IMG/VR virus record: IMGVR_UViG_3300036766_000644 | Span: 112,685 to 176,684 of that record | Strand: one strand, 5' to 3' | From: a virus | DNA length: 64,000 bases | In this document: piece by piece, positions 1 through 10,155 of the stretch | Position numbering within the stretch: position 1 is the first letter of the stretch | Layout: the number at the start of each line of letters is the position of its first letter | Translations under genes and position numbers: made by a program | Notes under the pieces: generated by a model | The model's database searches: none | Told to the model about the DNA's origin: nothing | The model's input: the letters and a program-made list of their open reading frames with translations, nothing else

Positions 1-81
1 TCGTTCTGGACGTCCATCGGCCTCAAGTGGGGAAACCACACAGTGACGTGTCTGGCGACGAAGATCCCTGAGGGGTGGTAG

Positions 82-516
82 CTACTTCGCCACGTAGACG
101 CCCAGCACGACGCCTGCGACGACTCCGACGGCGAGTCCGACACCGGCTCCAACCGTCCACGCCGGGAAGGGGCCAGGCTTTGCTGACTCCTTGTTGGCGC
201 GAGCCGTCTCCTTCATCAGGTCGGCGGCCAGCTTCTCGTTCTGCTTCTTGAGCTTCGCAGCCGCGGCTTCTTCAAGCTCAAGGGCGTCCTTGTACTTCTT
301 GGCTGCTTTCCTGAGCTCATCTTCGAGCTCGTCCCTGATCGGCGCCGCCGCGATGAAGGCCGCGAGCTGCTTGTCGATTTCAAACAGTTTCGAAGCCTGC
401 GCGAACTCGTAGCAGGCCTTCTGTCCGACCATCTTCCACTTGGGGACGTACTGGAGCTCCTCGGCGAACGAGGGGGTCGATACACCCAGTAACAATCCTA
501 TAACTAAGTGCTTCAC
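82..516 (-). CDS. secreted or membrane-anchored coiled-coil protein (N-terminal signal peptide, C-terminal hydrophobic anchor); possible lysis/spanin-like accessory protein
   Basis: 144-aa ORF. The N-terminus MKHLVIGLLLGVSTPSFA is signal-peptide-like. The middle is Ala/Lys/Glu-rich and the C-terminus is a Gly/Val/Ala hydrophobic helix. It is the last gene of the leftward tail operon and overlaps the upstream gene by 4 nt (ATGA). Confidence 0.45.
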   Translation of the reverse strand: MKHLVIGLLLGVSTPSFAEELQYVPKWKMVGQKACYEFAQASKLFEIDKQLAAFIAAAPIRDELEDELRKAAKKYKDALELEEAAAAKLKKQNEKLAADLMKETARANKESAKPGPFPAWTVGAGVGLAVGVVAGVVLGVYVAK

Positions 517-911
517 GGTGTGACGCCCGCCAGCTTGTTGAGGGCGTCCCAGTCTTTGTCCGACACAGCCTTCAGCAGCCCGAGTTGCTTCTGGTGCTCG
601 GCCTCGAGAGCTACGAGCTCGCTCTCGTCCTTCTCAGCCTTCGCGAGTGACGCCTGCGCGGCGTACACCGCTGACCGCCGCTTCTTCTCGTCGGTCTCCA
701 CGGCCGCCGCCACCTCGGCCTGCTGCGCCTCGAGCTTCCTCTTGGCGTTCTCTGTCTTGAGCGCCGCCAGGGCCTCAGACCGCTTCGACAGCAGGTAGCC
801 GATCCAGATGACCATCACGAACAGGATGAGGCCGCCAAGAACCTTCCACCACCAGGATGGAGGGTTCTTTGCTTTCTCAGCGAGAGCGAGGATGCGTTCT
901 TTGGTGGTCAT
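513..911 (-). CDS. small membrane protein with N-terminal TM helix and Ala/Lys/Glu coiled-coil (holin or i-spanin-like)
   Basis: 132-aa ORF. It has the hydrophobic segment WWWKVLGGLILFVMVIWIGYLL followed by a charged coiled-coil. Its start abuts the stop of the fibre gene at 912. Confidence 0.45.
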   Translation of the reverse strand: MTTKERILALAEKAKNPPSWWWKVLGGLILFVMVIWIGYLLSKRSEALAALKTENAKRKLEAQQAEVAAAVETDEKKRRSAVYAAQASLAKAEKDESELVALEAEHQKQLGLLKAVSDKDWDALNKLAGVTP

Positions 912-3752
912 TCAGGGGCTCAGGAGGAGGACGTCCGCGATCGTGTAGGTGAGTTTCACGCCGTACAGCTTGAACATGGCCAGCCCGGCGCCGCTGCCTG
1001 TTGCGTAGATGCCGATACTGAAGGTGGAGCTTGTGGTTGTGGCCGTTTTGTCCGCAGTGACCCCGGTGAGGGCTAGTACTTGTTTCGTTGCCGGGTCGGG
1101 CCCGCCAGCCATCGCTACGCTTACCCCTGTTACCACAGTGGCTTCACTCCACACCGTGCCCGGGCTAGCGAATGCCCCAGGAGTTACTTTTGTGATGCCA
1201 ATCAACGCGGAGATAGCCCCCGCGTTAATGAAGCCGTACCACAGTTCTGCCCCCGTGATCACTGCGTTCAGTGGAAGTGTTACCTGCCGTTCCATTTGAA
1301 AATTGAAGGCCGCGGAGGAGGATAGGAAGAGCGCCCCTGGAGTAGCGCTGCCTGTTTGACCCAGGCCCACGTTCCCCGGGAGCGTGGCCGACCAGGTAAA
1401 ACTCTGTGCCATCAGGTATGACGTGATCGTCTGGAGTGAATTGAATACGACTGCCCGCGGAGCAGTCCCGTAAACGCGAAGTCCCGCCCCCGTGCCGTAA
1501 GGAAAACTCGCGATACCATTCCCGTTACCGCTACCGCCTTCCCCGTATACCCCGGCGCCGTTTGACCCTGACGCACCGCGGCCCACTACTCCGGCTTCGT
1601 CTCCTGTGAGAGTGACTCCGTATACTCCGGAGCTCCCGCCGGTCCCTCCTTCACCCGTGACGCCGTAGGCGGTTAGCCCACTACCCCCAACTCCGCGGAC
1701 GCCGGGGTTAGCCCCTACACCTTGGCCTAGCACTCCGGTGCCGTCGGGACCTCCTAGTCCTGAGACCCCCGCGTAGCCGGTCGAGATTCCTACGCCGAGC
1801 ACCCCGACACCTCCGGCGGACCCGCCCTCACCGTAGACGCCCGCTGTCGAAGAAGCGCCTCCTTTTCCCTTGACGCCGTACCCGGTCGTCGATCCGGCGC
1901 CGTAAACTCCAGGACCCGCACCCGCCCCCTGGCCTTCAACCCCTGCACCGTTAGATCCCGATGCGACGCCTAGAACTCCGCGGTTATCCCCCGCGGGGAC
2001 AACAACGCCTTCGCTGCCAAGGCCTACGATACCAGCGCCGCCCGAAGCGCCGTCTCCAACCCCGACGACGCCGTGGCCTAGCCCGCCGACATCGCCTCCG
2101 CGACCAACGACGCCGAACCCGAGGTGGACGTTGGGGGTAAACCCGGACCAGGCGGCGACGTTCGCGGCGAGACCAGTCACCCCGTGCCCCTCCCCTGCGC
2201 CGTCACCCCGCACACCATTTCCGTTTGGTCCTCCCCCGATACCGTACACGCCATCGCCGGAAGTGGTTCCGCCTTGCCCTGAGACGCCTGCTCCCGTCGT
2301 GTTACCGGTCGCAGTGATCGCAGTCGTAGCCGCGGTGTTCGGCGTAACGATGTTTCCCTTGGTGAACGTGTTGGCGAGCGCCAGCCCCGCCTTACCGTTC
2401 ATCTCGGTAACGATGTTTCCTACGACAGTGTCCAGCGGACCAGCGGGCGTACTGAATGTCGCAGGACCCGCTCCCGTGAGCACCTGCATTCCGATCTTGT
2501 GCGCCCCCGTAGTGCCCGTGAAGGCTCCAAGGGTCGCAACGATACTATCGATCGCCGACTCGAATGACCCCGCAGCGAGCGTCGTCGTATCGGCCCACGC
2601 ATTCGGAGAGCTCCCCTGGTACGACGCTCCGCTTGAAACAAGCGGTCCTGTCTCCCCCGCATTGAACACGCGGCCACTCACGAAGATGAGCTGCCCGTTC
2701 ACTACCGCTGCCAAAGGCAGTGCGCCGGGTAGCCGTGCAGGGAAGCGGCGCATCAGGAACAAGTTGTTCCCGGCGTTCATCGCCATGCCTTCGGGGTTCT
2801 CGAAGATCGACTGGCGTCGCCCGCCGTCCAGCGTCATCACCAGGTCGTCGTATCGAACGCAGAGGACGTCACCCTCGATGAGCTTGTTGAGTGTTCCGCC
2901 GTCTGCGGCGAAGAACTGCACGAGCTGCGAGGGGGTGATGATGTGCTTCTCTGCGTCCGCAGCGCCCGACATGAAGCGTGTCAGTAGCTCAGCCGGGGCG
3001 ATGGTGAGGTAGACCTTGTTCCCCACCACCGGGGACGGAGGCTGAGGGAAGCCGATCTCAATCGGGCCTCCGTTGGGGCCGAGCGTATCCGGGGTAGCCC
3101 CGATGATACCTCCATCGATGACGGCCTCGAGCCCCGCCGCGAGGAACGGTGCGTTCCCGTTGAGCGCCGTGAGCATTTGCGAGACGGTGACGCCTGAGCT
3201 CACGTTGTTGTCGAACTGGACGTGGAAGTTGTTGGCGGGTGCCCCGGTGACCGTGATGATCACGTTACCGAGGCCCGTGTTGACGGGGGTGAAGTCGAAC
3301 GAGATGTCGTTCGCTCCGCTGTACGCTCGGGGCTGCCCCGAGGTCCCGTTCTGCCGCGTACGGATGGTGATTTGGCTCGCAGTGTTCTGGCAGATGATGA
3401 GACGGCTTGCTGTCGAAATCTCTGGAGCTGTGAACGGCTTCAGGATGAAGTTCTGTGTCGCCGAAAACTCGCCAGAGAATCCCGGAGTGATGCCATCCCA
3501 GGTTACGTCCCCCGTGCTGGTGAGGAGCAGCGCCCGGTCGGCGTCGCTGATGTACTTGAGCGCCTCGAGCTCATCGCGCACGATCTCCGTGCGGGTACGG
3601 AGATTCTCCGTGGGGCGTTCCAGCACCGCTGCTTGCGCAGGCTCACCGTCCGTAACAGGACGGACGGACGCTGCGTTCACTTCACCGGTGTCCAAGCCGT
3701 CAACTGTTTCCGGCGTAGCGCTCGTGAGGTATTCGACGTGTTGGCGTGACAT
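912..3752 (-). CDS. tail fibre protein with long glycine-rich (GxGVxG-type) repeat region
   Basis: 946-aa ORF. There is a long run of G-x-G-V/A-x-G repeats between residues about 480 and 760, flanked by Thr/Ala/Asn-rich beta-like regions. It lies downstream of the baseplate genes, and the third codon position is strongly G/C. Confidence 0.6.
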   Translation of the reverse strand: MSRQHVEYLTSATPETVDGLDTGEVNAASVRPVTDGEPAQAAVLERPTENLRTRTEIVRDELEALKYISDADRALLLTSTGDVTWDGITPGFSGEFSATQNFILKPFTAPEISTASRLIICQNTASQITIRTRQNGTSGQPRAYSGANDISFDFTPVNTGLGNVIITVTGAPANNFHVQFDNNVSSGVTVSQMLTALNGNAPFLAAGLEAVIDGGIIGATPDTLGPNGGPIEIGFPQPPSPVVGNKVYLTIAPAELLTRFMSGAADAEKHIITPSQLVQFFAADGGTLNKLIEGDVLCVRYDDLVMTLDGGRRQSIFENPEGMAMNAGNNLFLMRRFPARLPGALPLAAVVNGQLIFVSGRVFNAGETGPLVSSGASYQGSSPNAWADTTTLAAGSFESAIDSIVATLGAFTGTTGAHKIGMQVLTGAGPATFSTPAGPLDTVVGNIVTEMNGKAGLALANTFTKGNIVTPNTAATTAITATGNTTGAGVSGQGGTTSGDGVYGIGGGPNGNGVRGDGAGEGHGVTGLAANVAAWSGFTPNVHLGFGVVGRGGDVGGLGHGVVGVGDGASGGAGIVGLGSEGVVVPAGDNRGVLGVASGSNGAGVEGQGAGAGPGVYGAGSTTGYGVKGKGGASSTAGVYGEGGSAGGVGVLGVGISTGYAGVSGLGGPDGTGVLGQGVGANPGVRGVGGSGLTAYGVTGEGGTGGSSGVYGVTLTGDEAGVVGRGASGSNGAGVYGEGGSGNGNGIASFPYGTGAGLRVYGTAPRAVVFNSLQTITSYLMAQSFTWSATLPGNVGLGQTGSATPGALFLSSSAAFNFQMERQVTLPLNAVITGAELWYGFINAGAISALIGITKVTPGAFASPGTVWSEATVVTGVSVAMAGGPDPATKQVLALTGVTADKTATTTSSTFSIGIYATGSGAGLAMFKLYGVKLTYTIADVLLLSP

Positions 3753-3776
3753 GGTGTCTCCGATTTACTGCGTAGC

Positions 3777-4388
3777 TTAGGAGGTGAAAGCGATGCGCCA
3801 GTCGTAGTCGATCACGAAAGCCGCGCTCTTGGGGATGACAGGGTGGATCTGCCGGGCGAACATTTCAGGGTAGTACCCCGGCACCGAAGGCTCAACGGCC
3901 GGGGAAGCGGGTGGGGCGGGGATCGTCGCTAGAGTTCCGCCGCGGACGAACATCCCCGCCTCGGTCAGATCCCAACCGTTCAGATCTGTTGCGCCGAGTG
4001 TCGCCGTCACCTTCATCTCGAACGGGTTCGAGGTGGTGAGTGTCTTCGAAGCGTCTCCGAGGATCAACGACAGAGGCGCACCGGGGCTCGGGGCGGCCCC
4101 CTGCAGGTTGATGTCCGCCCGCGTCGGAGCGATGGCAGGCACTACCGGCCCCGCAGTCAGGTACCCGCCGAGCCTCAGGTACGAGATTTTGAAGTTCGCC
4201 GGGTCATTCGGGTCGCCAGGCAGGATGTACGTTTTCTGCGAGATCAGGCCTACCAGGCCCCGCAGGGCGACATACATGATGGAGTTTCTGATTTCGTAGC
4301 GCCAGTGCACGTCGCCGCTGTCGGCTCGACGCACGACGATACGCAAATCGCCACGGAGAGGGATCGTACCGGTAAAGGCGTTTTGCAT
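3777..4388 (-). CDS. tail fibre/baseplate-associated protein (about 203 aa)
   Basis: The track ORF 3777..4616 overlaps the upstream gene. An in-frame ATG at 4388 gives a 203-aa product that starts 20 nt after the stop of the 753-aa gene. The N-terminal 76 aa of the long version are Pro/Ser/Thr low-complexity and probably not translated. Confidence 0.4.
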   Translation of the reverse strand: MQNAFTGTIPLRGDLRIVVRRADSGDVHWRYEIRNSIMYVALRGLVGLISQKTYILPGDPNDPANFKISYLRLGGYLTAGPVVPAIAPTRADINLQGAAPSPGAPLSLILGDASKTLTTSNPFEMKVTATLGATDLNGWDLTEAGMFVRGGTLATIPAPPASPAVEPSVPGYYPEMFARQIHPVIPKSAAFVIDYDWRIAFTS

Positions 4389-4407
4389 GGCGCGGAACCT
4401 ATCAAAG

Positions 4408-6669
4408 CTAGACGTGCATGTACACGTGCAAGGGGCGGTCAATCCAGCGAACGTCGTCGGGGTAGCCCGGGTCCCCAATGTAGGGCGGTTCGGTGGCGGG
4501 CGGGATGTTGGTGGGGTCCGCAGGCTGTACGAGGGGGTCGGCCCCTCCGATGGCTGCGAACATCCCGCCGACGACGGGGACCATGGAGGGGTAGAGCCGC
4601 GTGATGGCTCCTCCAACCGGGTTCGTGAACTTCCACGTATCCCCGATAATCCAGGCGCTCCCGACGAGGAGGCGGTTTTCGACGATACCGATTCGCTCGA
4701 GCGACCGCCTGACCGCTTTGTAGGTCAATGCGTCGGTCAGATCGATGACGTCGCGGAAAGTAGACAGCGGTCGGAAGTACATCGTCGTGTGGACAGGCTT
4801 CACGTCGTTCAGGATGGTTTGGATGTCCTGCACCAGGGCCCAGGTGAGCGTTACTGAAGAATCCACCAAGACGCCGAACATGTGCAACTTCATGAACCGG
4901 TCCATCAAGATGAACGCGGCGTTGTGCCGGTAGGGTACGCGGGTCGGTGGAGCCACGATGGGCGGGTTGATGATGTGCCCGTCCTCATCCGCACCGATGT
5001 AGAACCCGGGGTCACCGACCCACGCATTCCCTGTAACGCCGATGACGTTGGGGAACAGCTGCGAGGTCACGACGCGTCGTAGGGGATCTGCGTCGGGCAT
5101 CAGCGCTTGAGGGACTGTGATGCTGTGCCACCACTGAGGGTCTTGAACGTAGTCCGTCACACGCAGCGCCGTAGTGAGTGGCTCGAACGCGCTGAACGTG
5201 AGCACGCCGAAGTTCGCTGGGTTCGTAACATCCGTACGCATTGGCGTATCGAGGGGGTATTCGTACTTTGCTTGATCTGTTGTAACTACCTGCTTCTGGG
5301 TCTTGGTGTAAATCCAGTTGAGCGGATCAGGCGGTTCAAGCCCCCCGGGCAGAGTAAAGACCGTCGCCGGGGTCAACTTCACTTGTGTGGTGCTGATGTA
5401 CTCTGTGATGTTGAACGTCCCCAGATTGTTCGCGTAGTCGGAGGCGGTGATCTTGATGTACCCTCCGAGTGAGTTCTGCGAGAAAATAGCAACCGGCGCT
5501 TGGAAGACATCTCCGATGAGGAGCGTTCCACCCGTCCCTGAGTCAAGGACTCCGCTGTCGTACCCCGCCAGTATTTCACCCTCGATACCGATCGTCGGCA
5601 GGCCCGCGGTGAGGTTGAGGGCGCTTTCGAGCCGTGCCATCGCAGGGCCGAGCATGTACAGCTGCATCAGGCCTCGTATCAGGGATCGATATGTCTCGCT
5701 GGATAGTTGCTTGTTTTCGAAGAAGTAGCCGTAGGTGTTGTAGAGCGATAGATCGTCGACTTTGGCATCCACCGCCCACATGGCGAGCTCGTTCACTTCA
5801 AGTGTCAGTGGGTACACCACAAGACCATTGATCAAAGTGTAGACAATGTTACCCGTTGTCGCCGGGAATGGCGCATTTCCGGGGACGCTCCCAGGAAGCG
5901 TAGGGTTGTAGATGCCGTCATCCCGCACGCGAACGACGCGCCAGGAGAAGCCCGAAGGTTGTGCCCCCGCCGGAAACGTAGGAAATGGCGTCGCCGCGGA
6001 CACGACCAGGTTAGCGCCATCAACCTGGATGATCGTAGCCTTACGCGCGATGGAAAAGTCGAAAGTATCCAGGTCGACGCTTCCTAGCTCGTGCGCCTCG
6101 CTGTAGTAGAGCGTATCCCCCTTCTCTACCCCCGTTGCAGCCCAATCAAGCACCGTCGCGCTGGTGAACTTCCCGCCCGTTGCCACGACAACACGCCGGT
6201 TCGCGTACCCAGGCAACACCGGGTCCGTTGGGTCAACTTTGAATTGGATCTCGGCGCCTGCGACTCTGTAGTCGACGCCTTCGTTGAGCGCTGTCTTCGG
6301 AGAGTAGACGACATCTTGCAGCTGAGGGATGCTCCCGTAAAAAGTGCTGCCGGTGTAGACGTAACGATCCGTCCCCGGATTCCCGTAGAACGCGGGCACT
6401 GCGGGCACCCCGACGCTATCCCCGTGCTCTCGAAACACGAGCTGATCTTCCCGGACGGTGATGAGCTTGTAGTATTCCTTGCGGAAGAGGGGCGTCTCCA
6501 CGATGCTCGTGTTGAGTACGTCGCTCAGGAAGTTCAGGTAGATCTGTCCTAGCAGGATCTCCGTTCCTTCGTAGGTCACCTGCATGTCGCCGATGTCGCG
6601 GAAGAACCGGTGCCAGAACGAGGACAGCCCGTTGAGCAGCGTGTCGGCGTTGTTACCGATCAGGGCCAT
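4408..6669 (-). CDS. baseplate structural protein (753 aa; gpI-like position)
   Basis: Long ORF with good third-position GC bias, immediately downstream of the J-like gene with a 1-nt start/stop overlap. No recognisable catalytic motif. Confidence 0.5.
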   Translation of the reverse strand: MALIGNNADTLLNGLSSFWHRFFRDIGDMQVTYEGTEILLGQIYLNFLSDVLNTSIVETPLFRKEYYKLITVREDQLVFREHGDSVGVPAVPAFYGNPGTDRYVYTGSTFYGSIPQLQDVVYSPKTALNEGVDYRVAGAEIQFKVDPTDPVLPGYANRRVVVATGGKFTSATVLDWAATGVEKGDTLYYSEAHELGSVDLDTFDFSIARKATIIQVDGANLVVSAATPFPTFPAGAQPSGFSWRVVRVRDDGIYNPTLPGSVPGNAPFPATTGNIVYTLINGLVVYPLTLEVNELAMWAVDAKVDDLSLYNTYGYFFENKQLSSETYRSLIRGLMQLYMLGPAMARLESALNLTAGLPTIGIEGEILAGYDSGVLDSGTGGTLLIGDVFQAPVAIFSQNSLGGYIKITASDYANNLGTFNITEYISTTQVKLTPATVFTLPGGLEPPDPLNWIYTKTQKQVVTTDQAKYEYPLDTPMRTDVTNPANFGVLTFSAFEPLTTALRVTDYVQDPQWWHSITVPQALMPDADPLRRVVTSQLFPNVIGVTGNAWVGDPGFYIGADEDGHIINPPIVAPPTRVPYRHNAAFILMDRFMKLHMFGVLVDSSVTLTWALVQDIQTILNDVKPVHTTMYFRPLSTFRDVIDLTDALTYKAVRRSLERIGIVENRLLVGSAWIIGDTWKFTNPVGGAITRLYPSMVPVVGGMFAAIGGADPLVQPADPTNIPPATEPPYIGDPGYPDDVRWIDRPLHVYMHV

Positions 6670-8681
6670 TAGGTCACCAGTGTGAGTGAGATGTCATCCG
6701 CGCTCGTCAAGTAGATGAGCGTACGGTCACTGACCCCTAGCCGGGTAAGCTGGTCGTTGAGGGTCTTGTTCGCTGCTTCGAATAGCGCAGCGTTCCCAGG
6801 TAGTGTCGGATCCACATCACAGTTTGAGATTGGAACTCGTAGATCAAGCCCGTTTGAAAGATTAGCCCCGTTCGCAGGATACGAAGGGTAGACGGTGACG
6901 ACGTCCTTGCTGATGTACGCGTACACTTGACCATCCGCGGCGAACAGCTGGTACGCAAGGATCGTCGGACTGATGACCGCACCAATGTCGGGGAAGTTGT
7001 CTCGTAGGTGCTGCATCATCCCTGTGAGGTCCAGGGTGTTGGTGAGGTTGAACGTGTTGATGTACGTCGCCAGCGACTGCTTGGCCGCTGGCTCATCCAC
7101 CGCCGCGGTGGCGCCGTAACGGACGCGGTACGCGATGCTGAGCGAGATGTAGACCGGCGTGTACCCCTTCGCGAGAGGGTTGGACGCGAGAACCCGCTGA
7201 AACGGGTCGATGACGAATGCTTGGATGTTCTGATACCCTACGAGTGTGTCGTACGTCACCCGCATCATCCAGGTTCCGACGGTGTGCGCCGGGGGGCCTG
7301 CAAGGTCTGCCTCTACCTCATCGAACGCGACCGCAGACTGAGCGTTACTGGGCGTACTCGAGATGACGCGGTACTCCCCAGGACTCGGGACATTGTTGAC
7401 GCGGGTAGTCAGCACCTCGATGACCGCTGGCGCTGCAGCGTCGTAGAGCTCTACACGTTTGATCCGGTAGTGGGGGCGTCCCGTCAACGTAATGCGCCCC
7501 GGTGTTTGCGTCGCCCGGGATGTCTGCCCGGTTGTCGCGGAGAGCCGCTTGTCGGCGTAGCTCGGAGCTGTGTCGCCGACGCTGTATGTGACGTAGGCCG
7601 CGGATTCGTCGGTGGGCTCGGAGAACGCCGCTCGAGGGCTAACGGTGAGAACGGTGGTGCTGACTGTGTTGATGATGTACTCGCGGGGCGCATCAATCAG
7701 CCCCGCGGTGATCTTCAAGACGTCGCCTGGCAGGATAGCCGGAGAGGCCGTGAAGTCTGCGGTCGTATCTCGGAACGTAGCGATGACGTTGTCTGGGCGC
7801 GTATAGACGCCGCCAAGTACGCCCGTCTCTACGACTTCCGAGACCGGGAGTTGGACGTAGATGTCCGTGTGCCCGCCGACGTGCATGCGCAGCCGGGTGA
7901 CGGCTTCACTCGAGAAGTCCCGCAGCATCTCGGGGTCGCCGAAGCCAATGGGGAGTACCCGTACCAGCCCTGCGAACGTCTCGCGGAGGACCGTGTCGAT
8001 CGACCGAGTGTTTACCAGGTTGCGCACGGTGATGGCTGTCGGAGCCCGTGCGAGCATGTCCGTGCTGCTCTCGATGTTCTTCCCTCCTTGTACGTACGAT
8101 GTGTTCTCCGCGTACGTGAAAAAAGGATTGAAGAGATCTGAGTTGACGAACCGCCCCGGAGGAACGTTGTACGACGTACCGACTTTCTGCGCTCGCAGAT
8201 TCACCGTGGTGGTGTAGTCGATGACTACGTTGTTGGTGTTGAAGATTGGCGTCAGTGTCCCCGCGGGGATCACGTACCCTGACGGAACATCGGGCACGTA
8301 AATCAGGTCAGTAGTACGGAAGAACCTGGTCGTGGGGGAGAGGGTGACGTCTGACGCTTGCGAGAAGTGCAGTGTCCCCGTGAGGCGCGCTGTCTCTCCG
8401 GTCTTCCGTGTGATGAACCAGTTGGAGAGCAGGGCGTTGACAGCGTCGGATACCGACTCGCTTTCCGGTTGCGTGGAGAGCGCCAGGAGTGATTGCTGAT
8501 CCCGCGTGGTCTTCCTCTCCTGCTCGAGGAAGGCGAACACGTGGGCGATAGCCGTCACGACGAAGTCACGGATGACGCTTCCCTGGCTGAAGTCTGCGTC
8601 AGGTACCTTCTCGGACAGGTAAGCCGTTAGAAACGCATCGGCGTCGGCAAGCGCTTGTTCGTCGATCGTGATCGTTGCCAT
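6669..8681 (-). CDS. baseplate J-like protein
   Basis: 670-aa ORF sitting between a gp25/W-like gene and the fibre genes, the typical W-J-I-fibre order of contractile-tail baseplates. The call rests on gene order and size; sequence similarity was judged by eye only. Confidence 0.45.
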   Translation of the reverse strand: MATITIDEQALADADAFLTAYLSEKVPDADFSQGSVIRDFVVTAIAHVFAFLEQERKTTRDQQSLLALSTQPESESVSDAVNALLSNWFITRKTGETARLTGTLHFSQASDVTLSPTTRFFRTTDLIYVPDVPSGYVIPAGTLTPIFNTNNVVIDYTTTVNLRAQKVGTSYNVPPGRFVNSDLFNPFFTYAENTSYVQGGKNIESSTDMLARAPTAITVRNLVNTRSIDTVLRETFAGLVRVLPIGFGDPEMLRDFSSEAVTRLRMHVGGHTDIYVQLPVSEVVETGVLGGVYTRPDNVIATFRDTTADFTASPAILPGDVLKITAGLIDAPREYIINTVSTTVLTVSPRAAFSEPTDESAAYVTYSVGDTAPSYADKRLSATTGQTSRATQTPGRITLTGRPHYRIKRVELYDAAAPAVIEVLTTRVNNVPSPGEYRVISSTPSNAQSAVAFDEVEADLAGPPAHTVGTWMMRVTYDTLVGYQNIQAFVIDPFQRVLASNPLAKGYTPVYISLSIAYRVRYGATAAVDEPAAKQSLATYINTFNLTNTLDLTGMMQHLRDNFPDIGAVISPTILAYQLFAADGQVYAYISKDVVTVYPSYPANGANLSNGLDLRVPISNCDVDPTLPGNAALFEAANKTLNDQLTRLGVSDRTLIYLTSADDISLTLVT

Positions 8682-8694
8682 GACTTAGCTCTCC

Positions 8695-9147
8695 TCAGGT
8701 ACGCGTCGTCCCCGTCGGTACCTGCACGGTGAGGAGGGTTCCCGCTGCATTCTTGATGGTGACGTATACATCGTACCCGTCCGCACCGCGAGGTACGACG
8801 CTGGTCAAGTTCGCCGAGTCCAGCCTTTCGTCTTCAGGAGGGAACTGAGCTTGGTCAAACGCCCTGATTTGGTCGCTACAGTCCTGAATGAAGATGGAGA
8901 CGGCGTCAGTGAAGTCCTGTTGCCTGCTGATGTTCGACCCGATGAGCTCGGGGAACCCCGTGCCGTACTCTCGGGATAGGAGGTCCGAGCCCTTCGCCGT
9001 GAAGAGGCACTTGAGCCAGCGATTGACCAGCTTCTGAGGGCCTTTGACTCCGACGGCGCTCGTGTACCCGAACGAGAATACCCGGCCCGCAGAGTACATC
9101 TGCTCTTCTTCAGGGACGATCTGGAAGTGGATGTCGAAGGTCGCCAT
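8695..9147 (-). CDS. baseplate wedge protein, gp25/W-like
   Basis: 150-aa ORF directly upstream of the J-like gene. Its size and position match gp25/GPW family proteins. Confidence 0.4.
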   Translation of the reverse strand: MATFDIHFQIVPEEEQMYSAGRVFSFGYTSAVGVKGPQKLVNRWLKCLFTAKGSDLLSREYGTGFPELIGSNISRQQDFTDAVSIFIQDCSDQIRAFDQAQFPPEDERLDSANLTSVVPRGADGYDVYVTIKNAAGTLLTVQVPTGTTRT

Positions 9148-9153
9148 GGCGCG

Positions 9154-10155
9154 TTATACCGGTTTACCGTCTACCCACAAACCCGTCGCGAAATCGTAGC
9201 TGAAAGAGTCAAGTGACCCTGCGACAAAAGCTGCAGGTGCGGTCTCTATTGTAGTCGCCGCCGTTGCCATCGACATGTTCTGGCTGACGCCGTTGCTCAG
9301 GTTGGCCTGGTGGATGGACTGCGCCGTGAAAAGGGCGCCTCGGGAGGAGCGGGCCATGGTCAGTGACCGGCTCGCCCCTACCGTCTCATCGTGGATCCCC
9401 GCCCAGGCTACTTTTGCGATCCCTGATTGGTTTGCGTTCCCTGCTGCGACCGCAGTGTCCGCGGTGAGGATCTCAAACCCGGTGGAGCTCTGGAAAGCCT
9501 GCGTTCCTACGATGGTGTAGCTCCAGTGCGTCCAGTGCCACGGCTCGTCTACGCTCGCCCCTTCCTTGTGGTCGAACCCGAACTCCCCGGCGAATCCTTT
9601 ACGGGTTCCTCCGATTTCGGAGTCGCCTGCCATCCAGATGTACGCCGCCGTGAGTTGCCGGGCGATGTACATGGGCTTAGTCATCCCGACGTAGATGTCC
9701 AGCGCGATCCCAGACTGGTGATTACTGAATCCAGGCTTCGCCGCGATTCCCAGTTTGGCGGCTACAGCTTTATTCTGCCGCTCGAGGTAGAGCTGGTTCT
9801 GGTACTCCCAAGTACGATACCCCGCAACGATTGGGAGGGAGATCCCGTCCTTGGCCGCAGCAGTCGCCATCATGATGTAGTCGTACGCGGTGTTCTTCTC
9901 CACGAGGAACTTACCGACGGTACAGCAGGTGATCGACTTCTTTACCCCCTTCACGTACCCCGTTTGCGCCGACTCCTGGAGCTGCGGCAACTGAACCAGC
10001 GGCGTGCTCTTTGGGGGCACCGTCGCATTACAGGAGACGAGCGCGTTTTGTACGCATCCGCTACCTACGGCCTGTAGCGTCGACATGGACGCCGTCGCTG
10101 AGCTTGTAGACTCATCCGACTGCAAGACGTTTACTGTCTCTACCGGGTCAGACAT
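9154..10155 (-). CDS. peptidase M15 / LAS-superfamily zinc D,D- or L,D-peptidase (tail-associated lysin or endolysin)
   Basis: The C-terminal half carries SNHQSGIALDI followed by DHKEG and EPWHWTHW. These are the H-x(n)-D and H-x-H zinc-ligand motifs of VanY/M15 peptidases. The N-terminal roughly 150 aa form a separate domain. Confidence 0.6.
   Translation of the reverse strand: MSDPVETVNVLQSDESTSSATASMSTLQAVGSGCVQNALVSCNATVPPKSTPLVQLPQLQESAQTGYVKGVKKSITCCTVGKFLVEKNTAYDYIMMATAAAKDGISLPIVAGYRTWEYQNQLYLERQNKAVAAKLGIAAKPGFSNHQSGIALDIYVGMTKPMYIARQLTAAYIWMAGDSEIGGTRKGFAGEFGFDHKEGASVDEPWHWTHWSYTIVGTQAFQSSTGFEILTADTAVAAGNANQSGIAKVAWAGIHDETVGASRSLTMARSSRGALFTAQSIHQANLSNGVSQNMSMATAATTIETAPAAFVAGSLDSFSYDFATGLWVDGKPV

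Noticed and set aside
2131-3780. Plus-strand ORFs (293, 235, 175 aa) inside the fibre gene
   Set aside because: They are antisense to a long, strongly biased minus-strand gene. Their Pro/Ser/Arg-rich translations are typical of GC-rich out-of-frame reading.
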